Notes: generated by a model not told the origin, from the letters alone. A stretch of 64,000 bases of DNA from a virus (IMGVR_UViG_3300042402_002792); one strand, 5' to 3'; shown: positions 57,054-63,959, counted from the stretch's first letter. Numbers and translations are program-made.

Positions 57054-57563
57054 ATGAGTTTTATTGAATCAGTTAAATCAGCATTACCAGACTACGCAAA
57101 GGACACTAAGCTCAATATTGATGCTGTCCTTGTACGTAGTACATTAGATGCAGATGTGGCCATAGGCTGTGCTGTAGCCGCACTCGCTGCAACTGGCAAC
57201 GGAAAAATCCTTTCTGTTATTTTAGCAGATGCCCCGGTACATGCAGAGTCAGCAATGACTGCCGCAAGTATTATGGCACAGAATAACGTTTGGTATCCTT
57301 ATGTTGAAATGGCAGAAGATCCAGCACTCAAAGGCCTACCAGCCCAGTTACGCATGAATGCTATTGCAAATCATGGCGGAACTACTAAGGCAAACTTTGA
57401 AGCGTTTAGTCTTGCCGCTAGTATTGTAGGCAAGTGTCATTTCTGTGTTAAAGCACACTATGACACACTAAAGAACTCGGAAGGCTATACTGTAGAACAA
57501 CTTCGTGACATTGGACGTATTGCCAGTGTTATGAATAGTGTAGCCAAAGTGCTAAACAGTTAA
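57054..57563 (+). CDS. ahpD: Alkylhydroperoxidase AhpD
   Basis: LPDYAKD..LN, MAQNNVWY, ASIVGKCHFCVKAH. Confidence 0.93.
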   Translation: MSFIESVKSALPDYAKDTKLNIDAVLVRSTLDADVAIGCAVAALAATGNGKILSVILADAPVHAESAMTAASIMAQNNVWYPYVEMAEDPALKGLPAQLRMNAIANHGGTTKANFEAFSLAASIVGKCHFCVKAHYDTLKNSEGYTVEQLRDIGRIASVMNSVAKVLNS

Positions 57564-57590
57564 ATAAAAGGGACTTAGGTCCCTTTTATT
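57555..57590. repeat. 36-bp direct repeat copy 1 (TAAATA plus terminator hairpin)
   Basis: AACAGTTAAATAAAAGGGACTTAGGTCCCTTTTATT. Confidence 0.9.
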
Positions 57591-57708
57591 TTGGATACTA
57601 CATGTTTATCATAGACTTTTTTAAAGACATAATTAGACGGTATAAAGAGCGAAAAGAATACAAAAAACGATTGGAAGAGATACGTAAACGTGATCCTTTC
57701 ATATACAA

Positions 57709-58662
57709 ATGATCGAGTGGGGTATAAATGCTCTAAATCACGATGCTAGTATTGCAGTATTTAGAGATAACAAATTAATTTTTCACCGTCGTAGTAGTGA
57801 GTACAGTGGAATACCTGGAGACAGTGAGCTTAATCAAGCCATTGTTGATCACGCTATTAGACTAGGATACCCTGAAAAAATATACTGGTACGAACGACCT
57901 TTAGTAAAAAAGACTCGTCAAGCTTATGCAGGTCAATGGCGCTGGTTCTTTGATGTAACAGAATTTCCAGCATGGTATCTTAAAGACTACATTGTTGATA
58001 CCCCTATTACTTATACTAGCCACCATCACAGTCATGCTGCCGCAGGCTATTATACAAGTCCATTTAATCATTGTGCTGTAGTAGTAATAGATGCTATAGG
58101 TGAATGGGAATCTATTAGTATCTGGGAAGGGTCACAAGACAAACTTAAGAAACGCTGGAGTCAAAGTTATCCTACTAGTTTAGGACTGTTTTATTCTGCA
58201 TTTGCAGATCTGTTAGGATTTAAACCTACTAAAGAAGAACACTTACTACAACAACTTAGCGAAGAAGGCAACCCACATAGATTTTACGGACAAGTAAAAA
58301 CCTATTTCAACTCCGATGGTACAGCCAAATACAATTTACATAAGGGCGTAACAAACTGGGGAGCAGTCAAAGAAGAAGATCGAGCTGACATAGCTGCCAG
58401 TGTTCAATTAGTTTTTGAAGAACAAGTAGATTGGATTATGGCTAAGGCTCGTGAACTAATTGATACAGACTGCCTAATCTACATGGGCGGATGTGCTATG
58501 AACAGTAAGTACAATAAGAGATTAGCTAATCGATGGAAGCACATATGGAGTCTTCCATTTCCTGGAGATGCAGGGTCAGCAGTTGGAGCAGTACTAGCTA
58601 AGAAAAAAATTAGAATAGACTATCCCGAACAAATAATAAAACATCTAGAAATTAAAAAATAG
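57709..58662 (+). CDS. Carbamoyltransferase (NodU/CmcH family, short form)
   Basis: HDASIA, HHHSHAAAGYY, VIDAIGE, SLGLFY, GGCAMN, GDAGSAVGA. Confidence 0.85.
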   Translation: MIEWGINALNHDASIAVFRDNKLIFHRRSSEYSGIPGDSELNQAIVDHAIRLGYPEKIYWYERPLVKKTRQAYAGQWRWFFDVTEFPAWYLKDYIVDTPITYTSHHHSHAAAGYYTSPFNHCAVVVIDAIGEWESISIWEGSQDKLKKRWSQSYPTSLGLFYSAFADLLGFKPTKEEHLLQQLSEEGNPHRFYGQVKTYFNSDGTAKYNLHKGVTNWGAVKEEDRADIAASVQLVFEEQVDWIMAKARELIDTDCLIYMGGCAMNSKYNKRLANRWKHIWSLPFPGDAGSAVGAVLAKKKIRIDYPEQIIKHLEIKK

Positions 58663-58670
58663 GACTGAAA

Positions 58671-59465
58671 ATGACAAAACGAATTTTAATCATGGGGTTG
58701 CCTGGAGCAGGTAAGACTTATCTAGCGCAACATATAGTAGATCATTTACAAGCGGATAAAAAGAAAGTTGGATGGCTTAATGCAGATGATGTGCGTAAGA
58801 AATATAATGACTGGGATTTTAGTCATGAAGGCCGTATTCGTCAAAGTTTACGTATGCGTGAACTAGCAGATTCAATGAAAGAGTGTGATTATGTTATCTG
58901 TGACTTTGTTGCACCACTAGTAGAAATGCGTAACAACTTTAAAGCAGATTGGACCGTTTGGGTCGACACTATCGACAAGGGTCGTTACGAAGATACTAAT
59001 AAGGCTTTTGTTCCACCGGACGTTTATGACTTCCGTATTACAGAACAACACGGTGAAAAGTGGGGTGAGTTTATTGCTGCACATATTTTAGATAATAGAC
59101 GTCGTCCTGTGTTTGACTGGCAGAAAGAAACTGTACAGATGCTAGGTCGTTGGCAACCATGGCATCCAGGACATCGTAAATTGTTTGAACGTTCCATTGC
59201 TAAAACTGGACAGGTTGTTATTCAAATCCGTGACTGTCAAGGTTGGCAAGGTTCTAATCCATTTGCCATCGAACAAGTAAAGAGTTTTATTCGTAGAGAC
59301 TTAGATCCTCTGTACCAAGGTCAGTACGAGATACAAGTTGTTCCTAATATTGTAAACATTACCTATGGTAGAGATGTTGGCTACAAGATTGAACAAGAAA
59401 CATTTGACGAAGCAACACATAGTATAAGTGCTACCAAAATTCGAAAAGAAATGGGATTTGAATAA
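58671..59465 (+). CDS. Adenylylsulfate-kinase-like P-loop fused to cytidylyltransferase-like (HxGH) domain
   Basis: GLPGAGKT, LNADDVRK, CDFVAP; GRWQPWHPGH, SATKIR. Confidence 0.8.
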   Translation: MTKRILIMGLPGAGKTYLAQHIVDHLQADKKKVGWLNADDVRKKYNDWDFSHEGRIRQSLRMRELADSMKECDYVICDFVAPLVEMRNNFKADWTVWVDTIDKGRYEDTNKAFVPPDVYDFRITEQHGEKWGEFIAAHILDNRRRPVFDWQKETVQMLGRWQPWHPGHRKLFERSIAKTGQVVIQIRDCQGWQGSNPFAIEQVKSFIRRDLDPLYQGQYEIQVVPNIVNITYGRDVGYKIEQETFDEATHSISATKIRKEMGFE

Positions 59466-59470
59466 TTATT

Positions 59471-59507
59471 AACAGTTAAATAAAAGGGACTTTAAGTCCC
59501 TTTTATT
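59471..59507. repeat. 37-bp direct repeat copy 2
   Basis: AACAGTTAAATAAAAGGGACTTTAAGTCCCTTTTATT. Confidence 0.9.
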
Positions 59508-60377
59508 ATGACATATAGTATATCAAATACAGATCAAAATCAAGATATAATTGCATATCTCACAAACCAGGGGGTATTTTCAGCACAGCTAATAAGTCAA
59601 TCATTACAAGATTTTTCATATTATGAATTCAGTTTAGAAGAGTTAAATCTTCCCACTGCTGACGAATTATTAACAGCCACTTTATCTATCAAGGATCAAG
59701 TTGGATTAAAAGGATGGTTATTCAATGGTGTTGAAAGTAAAAGTTATAAAGGGTTTAGCCTAACATATAACCCAGATTTTCATGATACTAGCACTAGCAT
59801 AAATCATCAAACCTGGGGATCAAAAAATCTTTTACAAATTTTTGGCAGGGCGCATGGACTAGGTAATTTTTCTTCTATTCGAAATACCTATTACGATACA
59901 TATGCATTTCGAAATAGAACAGATATTATAGAAACTCATTTAGGTAAATTGTTTGACTGTTTCCAGTGTCCATTACTACGAAGCAGAGCTGCTTTTTTAA
60001 GACATTATACAGTACCTCAAGCATCTGACGGTTGGCATGTTGACGAACCGCCTACTCACTTGTTTCGTGTAAACATTCCTTTACAAACTTCTGAAGAACA
60101 TGTTTTAGAAATTAACGGTAGTGACGAATATGGTAATACATTAACATTGTCTAAACATCTTGAAGTAGGCAAAGCATATATATGGAATACTCGTATACCG
60201 CATAGAGTCACTATAACAAAACCATGTATTAATCCTATTGATCGAATACATTTAGTATTGGGTTTTGGAACCTGGGTTGATTATGATCCATACTTTGATA
60301 CGTTTTCAAAATCTTCACTGCATGGATTACCATTAAAAACTATCATTGAAGAAAAAATGTTTTTAAAAAGGAAATAA
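59508..60377 (+). CDS. 2OG-Fe(II)/Asp-Arg-hydroxylase-like oxygenase
   Basis: WHVDE...RVNIPL...YIWNTRIPHRV...RIHLV. Confidence 0.7.
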   Translation: MTYSISNTDQNQDIIAYLTNQGVFSAQLISQSLQDFSYYEFSLEELNLPTADELLTATLSIKDQVGLKGWLFNGVESKSYKGFSLTYNPDFHDTSTSINHQTWGSKNLLQIFGRAHGLGNFSSIRNTYYDTYAFRNRTDIIETHLGKLFDCFQCPLLRSRAAFLRHYTVPQASDGWHVDEPPTHLFRVNIPLQTSEEHVLEINGSDEYGNTLTLSKHLEVGKAYIWNTRIPHRVTITKPCINPIDRIHLVLGFGTWVDYDPYFDTFSKSSLHGLPLKTIIEEKMFLKRK

Positions 60378-60378
60378 A

Positions 60379-61137
60379 ATGGATCTAGAAAAAGAAAAAC
60401 AGATTATAGATACAATTAGAAGATGCCAGCGAAACTGGGATCATTCTAGATCTATCCCAGATGAGCACATTGATCACTGGATTTATATTGCACAACATGC
60501 TCCTTCTAAACAGGACGAATCTTATTTTAATTTGTATGTAGTTACTGATAAAGAAAAAATAGAGTTATTGTCAAATCATACTTGGGGACATACGATGGAA
60601 GTTGCTCCGGGTAATTTCACTGGTGTAACTAGAAATACACAAATGGCTGCTAATGCGTATTTTCTTTTTACATTCAAACTTCCTTCAACTATTAGAGAAA
60701 TAAAACCAGACGGCCAACTTTATAATCAGACTGGAACAGAACTTGAAGAAAGAAAAAGAAATGGCTACGTTGCTATAGGAATAGCAGCGGGACTTATTGC
60801 TCAAAGTGCGGCAGATCTAGGATATAAAACGGGATTTAATACTAATCATTGTAGTCATGCACGAGGTGGCCCCGATCAAACAAAATTTTGGTGCGAAACA
60901 CTGGGTATAGGGCATTCTGAAAACATAACAGTTGGATTAGGAATAGGATATCCCGAAGAAGGTAAGGCTAGAAATGATCATAACGAAACAGAGTTTTTAA
61001 TTGGCACCTATCCCGGAACACGACATAACGTTAACGATCCTTATATTATAATTGATGGGCAGCAACATCCTACTCCTAAGATTCATTACAAGACCTACAG
61101 CGAAAAAACAAAAATGATCAAAGTCAGTAGATTTTAA
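60379..61137 (+). CDS. Nitroreductase-family protein
   Basis: RRCQRNWD, HAPSKQ, LGYKTGF, LGIGYP. Confidence 0.75.
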   Translation: MDLEKEKQIIDTIRRCQRNWDHSRSIPDEHIDHWIYIAQHAPSKQDESYFNLYVVTDKEKIELLSNHTWGHTMEVAPGNFTGVTRNTQMAANAYFLFTFKLPSTIREIKPDGQLYNQTGTELEERKRNGYVAIGIAAGLIAQSAADLGYKTGFNTNHCSHARGGPDQTKFWCETLGIGHSENITVGLGIGYPEEGKARNDHNETEFLIGTYPGTRHNVNDPYIIIDGQQHPTPKIHYKTYSEKTKMIKVSRF

Positions 61138-61144
61138 ATACTGT

Positions 61145-61720
61145 ATGAATTTATTGTTCCTTCCTATCGATATTGAAATTCCAAAGATTGATCTAACACA
61201 CTCTCTATCTATGATTAGAAAGGGAAAAAAACATCAATGGTGGTGGAACGTCGTTAATATTGATGAATCAGTTGATAAAAATTTAAAATTTATATTAGAT
61301 CAATTACCGTTTGACAAAATAACAAATGTATATTACAAAGAACAAACAAGGCCAGTGTCTCCGCACTGTGATGTATATCCAGATATGAATTTCGAAGAGG
61401 GAGAACACGCTAATATCTTAGATAACGAACCAGCAGGATATCGACTAGTCTTAGAAGGTTCTACTAATGTACTTTATGTTAAAAGTGGAGACACCTTTAA
61501 GTTAGCAGCATTGCCATCTGTGCCTAGTTGTTATCTTTTAAATTCTACAGCAGGGTTACACAAGGTCAAGGATGATCCGGGCAGAAAGATTATCTATGTT
61601 AGAGGATTCATTAATCCTGCTAAACACAAAGTTCTTATAAACAAAAGTTTAAAATTATATCAAAATTTTGCAGTATATGATGTTTCGACTAAAATAGTAG
61701 TTGACACTGAGAATAAATAA
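61145..61720 (+). CDS. 2OG-Fe(II) oxygenase-like protein
   Basis: PHCD...YLLNSTAGLHKV...RKII. Confidence 0.6.
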   Translation: MNLLFLPIDIEIPKIDLTHSLSMIRKGKKHQWWWNVVNIDESVDKNLKFILDQLPFDKITNVYYKEQTRPVSPHCDVYPDMNFEEGEHANILDNEPAGYRLVLEGSTNVLYVKSGDTFKLAALPSVPSCYLLNSTAGLHKVKDDPGRKIIYVRGFINPAKHKVLINKSLKLYQNFAVYDVSTKIVVDTENK

Positions 61721-61912
61721 ATATACAATAGAGACTAGGTTGTACAAAAATTAGTTGTTTTTTAGCCACAATTAAAACAGTGGTTGACAAGAGAACTAAA
61801 TAAATGTACAATAGAGACAAGTTAGCAAACAATGTGATCCGCAAGTGTTGTAAAAATACAACAAAAAAAGATTCCAAAAGTTGTTGACAAGGGCACTGAA
61901 AGGTGCTACAAT
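61701..61912 (+). promoter_or_regulatory. Three tandem sigma70 promoters for the tRNA array
   Basis: TTGACA-17-TACAAT at 61701, 61784, 61884; each followed by AGA(G/T)AC(T/A)AG. Confidence 0.9.
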
Positions 61913-61971
61913 AGATACAAGTTAGTTAGGAATGGTCCTAGCTAATAACAAGGATTTTAAAGAGAAAGCAA

Positions 61972-62106
61972 ATGACAAACGTAACGATACATTATTGCAG
62001 ACAAGACGCCAAACAGGCAGGCTTTATGCCCACCTCTTGGTTACTGTCAAGTAATGATCGTACACCAGAGATTTGCCAGGGGTCCCGGGAGGATCGTGTA
62101 AGTTAA
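61972..62106 (+). CDS. Attenuator leader peptide (44 aa, all 20 amino acids)
   Basis: MTNVTIHYCRQDAKQAGFMPTSWLLSSNDRTPEICQGSREDRVS; overlaps the antiterminator. Confidence 0.7.
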   Translation: MTNVTIHYCRQDAKQAGFMPTSWLLSSNDRTPEICQGSREDRVS

Positions 62107-62159
62107 CACTACACAATTACACCCAGAGGACCCCAGGACTAAACACCCTGGGGTTTTTT
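62079..62159 (+). terminator. Mutually exclusive antiterminator/terminator
   Basis: GGGGTCC(62079-85)/GGACCCC(62128-34) versus ACCCCAGG(62130-37)/CCTGGGGT(62147-54) plus T-tract. Confidence 0.8.
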
Positions 62160-62175
62160 ATTGCTCAAAGGAATT

Positions 62176-62331
62176 ATGACAGAAACAGATAGTAAGAAAC
62201 AACGAGAAGCTGAGTTTACACGTGAGCATACGCTAACTCAAGAAGATCTTCGTAAGATGATCCTTGAAAAGTTTGAACGTGCAAAAGTGTATAGCAAAGC
62301 CGTTAGAAAGCGCGAGATTGCTCAAGGGTAA
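62176..62331 (+). CDS. Small charged protein (51 aa), first ORF after the attenuator
   Basis: AAAGGA SD; MTETDSKKQREAEF... Confidence 0.55.
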   Translation: MTETDSKKQREAEFTREHTLTQEDLRKMILEKFERAKVYSKAVRKREIAQG

Positions 62332-62336
62332 TTGTA

Positions 62337-62441
62337 GACCGCGAAGTGTGTATAGGTAACGAGGACCTAGTCTGCACTTAAAACATAGACAAACGGGCGG
62401 CCTGTAGGATGGAGTTCTTCTTGTAGAACAAAAAATTACAG
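62337..62441 (+). ncRNA. Putative structured ncRNA
   Basis: Stems CCGC/GCGG, AAGTG/CACTT, TAGGT/ACCTA, CTGTA/TACAG, GTTCT/AGAAC. Confidence 0.45.
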
Positions 62442-62442
62442 C

Positions 62443-62561
62443 GTATTAAAGCAGATTGCCGAACAGTCAAATGGCCTATGCCGATGAGTAGTCTGCTTTA
62501 ATACACATATTCTCTTTCCGCTCTTGACGCGGTCAAAAACGCATAGCGGAGAGTGTGTTAT
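62443..62561 (+). ncRNA. Two adjacent stem-bounded RNA cassettes
   Basis: GTATTAAAGCAGATTG/TAGTCTGCTTTAATAC and ACACA..CTCT..CCGCT/AGCGG.AGAG.TGTGT. Confidence 0.55.
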
Positions 62562-62568
62562 AAATTTT

Positions 62569-62657
62569 GGGGGCTGTTCTCTACGGCGGACTGTAAATCC
62601 GTTGCCTTAATATGTAGAGTGGCTGGCAATTAGGTTCGATTCCTTCAGTCCCCACCA
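62569..62657 (+). tRNA. tRNA-Tyr(GUA), D-armless atypical
   Basis: Anticodon arm GCGGA-CTGTAAA-TCCGT, TTCGATT loop, CCA; only about 9 nt where the D-arm should be. Confidence 0.6.
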
Positions 62658-62662
62658 GTTAT

Positions 62663-62738
62663 GCTCGGTTCGTCTATCGGTTTAGGACGCTGCCCTTTCA
62701 AGGCGGAAAGACGGGTTCGATTCCCGTACCGAGTACCA
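62663..62738 (+). tRNA. tRNA-Glu(UUC)
   Basis: Full cloverleaf, loop CTTTCAA, CCA. Confidence 0.93.
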
Positions 62739-62743
62739 AATTT

Positions 62744-62818
62744 GGTTCCAAAGTGTTCATGGACGCACACGACACTGTCACTGTCGAAGAAGGGGATCGT
62801 TACCCCTTGGGACCGCCA
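62744..62818 (+). tRNA. tRNA-Asp(GUC)
   Basis: Cloverleaf, loop CTGTCAC, variant T-loop ATCGTTA, G73, CCA. Confidence 0.9.
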
Positions 62819-62827
62819 TCTTTCTAT

Positions 62828-62906
62828 TCCGTGAAATCCAAGCATGGTGCAAGGACCTGACTGTTAATCAGTGATTAGGTGAGTTCGATCCTCACACACG
62901 GAGCCA
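62828..62906 (+). tRNA. tRNA-Asn(GUU)
   Basis: Loop CTGTTAA, T-arm GTGAG/CTCAC, G73, CCA. Confidence 0.9.
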
Positions 62907-62993
62907 TTATAGAAGCACATACAGATCCGCCCTAAGTCCCGGGGAGATAGCGCGGACACGTTGAAGGACTGTTTAAATGTGTTTCTATAATGG
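62904..62993 (+). ncRNA. Stem-bounded inter-tRNA cassette
   Basis: 17-bp stem CCATTATAGAAGCACAT/ATGTGTTTCTATAATGG. Confidence 0.7.
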
Positions 62994-63066
62994 GGGCAGT
63001 AGTGGGCTACGGGTAACCCTTGCAAGGTTGCTGACTACAAGGGTTCGATTCCCTGGGCTTCCACCA
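62992..63066 (+). tRNA. tRNA-Ala(UGC), shrunken D-arm
   Basis: G3.U70, loop CTTGCAA, D-arm reduced to GTAG-TGGG-CTAC, CCA. Confidence 0.65.
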
Positions 63067-63071
63067 AATTA

Positions 63072-63146
63072 GCTCTGTAAGCATTGCTGGCGATGCAGGC
63101 GCCTTGTAAGCGTCAGAATGGGGTTCGATTCCTCAACGGAGCACCA
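63072..63146 (+). tRNA. tRNA-Thr(UGU)
   Basis: Cloverleaf, loop CTTGTAA, CCA. Confidence 0.92.
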
Positions 63147-63151
63147 ACTAC

Positions 63152-63244
63152 GGAAGTGTGGCTGAGCTGGCTTAAGGCAGCAGGTTGCTAACCTGTCGAT
63201 TCAGATAACTGGGTCCGAGGGTTCGAATCCCTCCGCTTCCACCA
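63152..63244 (+). tRNA. tRNA-Ser(GCU)
   Basis: Long variable arm, loop TTGCTAA, CCA. Confidence 0.93.
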
Positions 63245-63250
63245 AACAAA

Positions 63251-63329
63251 CTGGATGTAATGTCAGTCAGGTCAGACGGCCGGCCTTGGAAGTCGGAGGT
63301 CGCAGGTTCGAATCCTGCCATCCAGACCA
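63251..63329 (+). tRNA. tRNA-Pro(UGG)
   Basis: C1-G72, loop CTTGGAA, CCA. Confidence 0.92.
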
Positions 63330-63334
63330 GTTTA

Positions 63335-63396
63335 AGGATGCTAACAGCAAAAATTTATACATTTGACTTTTAATCAAAACCGTAAAAATGCATCCT
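63335..63396 (+). ncRNA. Stand-alone Lys anticodon stem-loop mimic
   Basis: AGGATGC/GCATCCT closing stem enclosing TTTGA-CTTTTAA-TCAAA. Confidence 0.6.
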
Positions 63397-63429
63397 GTTT
63401 ATTTTAATCAATGTTCAAAGGAGAACGAC

Positions 63430-63486
63430 ATGAAACGTGCTAAACGTTAGTGTCATCCTAGACCCCCGTATGGTCCTGGATGGCAC
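63430..63486 (+). other. Mini-ORF MKRAKR plus adjacent hairpin
   Basis: AAAGGAG SD, ATG AAA CGT GCT AAA CGT TAG, then GTGTCATCC/GGATGGCAC stem. Confidence 0.55.
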
Positions 63487-63512
63487 GTAAAAGAAAATTA
63501 TTTACGAATCAT

Positions 63513-63588
63513 CCACAGCTGGCGTTAACGGTAGCGTACTCGGCTCTTAACCGATGAGGTGTCAGTTCGAATCTGACGCTGTGGACCA
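63513..63588 (+). tRNA. tRNA-Lys(CUU)
   Basis: Loop CTCTTAA, T-arm GTCAG/CTGAC, CCA. Confidence 0.9.
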
Positions 63589-63591
63589 TAT

Positions 63592-63666
63592 GGGGGTATA
63601 ACTTAGCGGCTAAAGTAGTAGGCTTTTAACCTATTAATCAGGGTTCGATTCCCTGTGCCCCTACCA
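63592..63666 (+). tRNA. tRNA-Lys(UUU)
   Basis: Loop CTTTTAA, cloverleaf, CCA. Confidence 0.93.
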
Positions 63667-63774
63667 TAAGCAAACACATTACTGACGCCTCGGCGAAGGG
63701 TTCCGGTTACCCCGTAGCGATTAATAACTAAGCCAGCAGTTGGGTTCGCTGGATGTAGTGTGTTTACTTATGGT
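63663..63774 (+). ncRNA. Stem-bounded inter-tRNA cassette
   Basis: 20-bp stem ACCATAAGCAAACACATTAC/GTAGTGTGTTTACTTATGGT (one mismatch, one G.U). Confidence 0.7.
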
Positions 63775-63846
63775 AAAGTAGCATAATGGTTGTGCAACAC
63801 CTTCATACGGTGCCCGGTGTGAGTTCGAATCTCACCTTTACCACCA
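63772..63846 (+). tRNA. tRNA with CAU anticodon (elongator Met or Ile2)
   Basis: Loop TTCATAC, G1-C72, CCA. Confidence 0.88.
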
Positions 63847-63857
63847 GGTTTTGTTAG

Positions 63858-63959
63858 AGTGTTAGCAAGTGAAGTCACGCTATAAAGGTTTCTTCGAAGG
63901 ACTGATATAGTAGAAGGTGAGGGTTCGATTCCCTGAAAATCTCAACAGGCGAGAACACT
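63858..63959 (+). ncRNA. Putative structured ncRNA with T-arm mimic
   Basis: AGTGTT/AACACT closing stem, GCTATA/TATAGT, AGGG-TTCGATT-CCCT. Confidence 0.45.

Noticed and set aside
62645-62845. 66-aa minus-strand ORF in the track
   Set aside because: Antisense to tRNA-Glu/Asp/Asn; no SD; spurious
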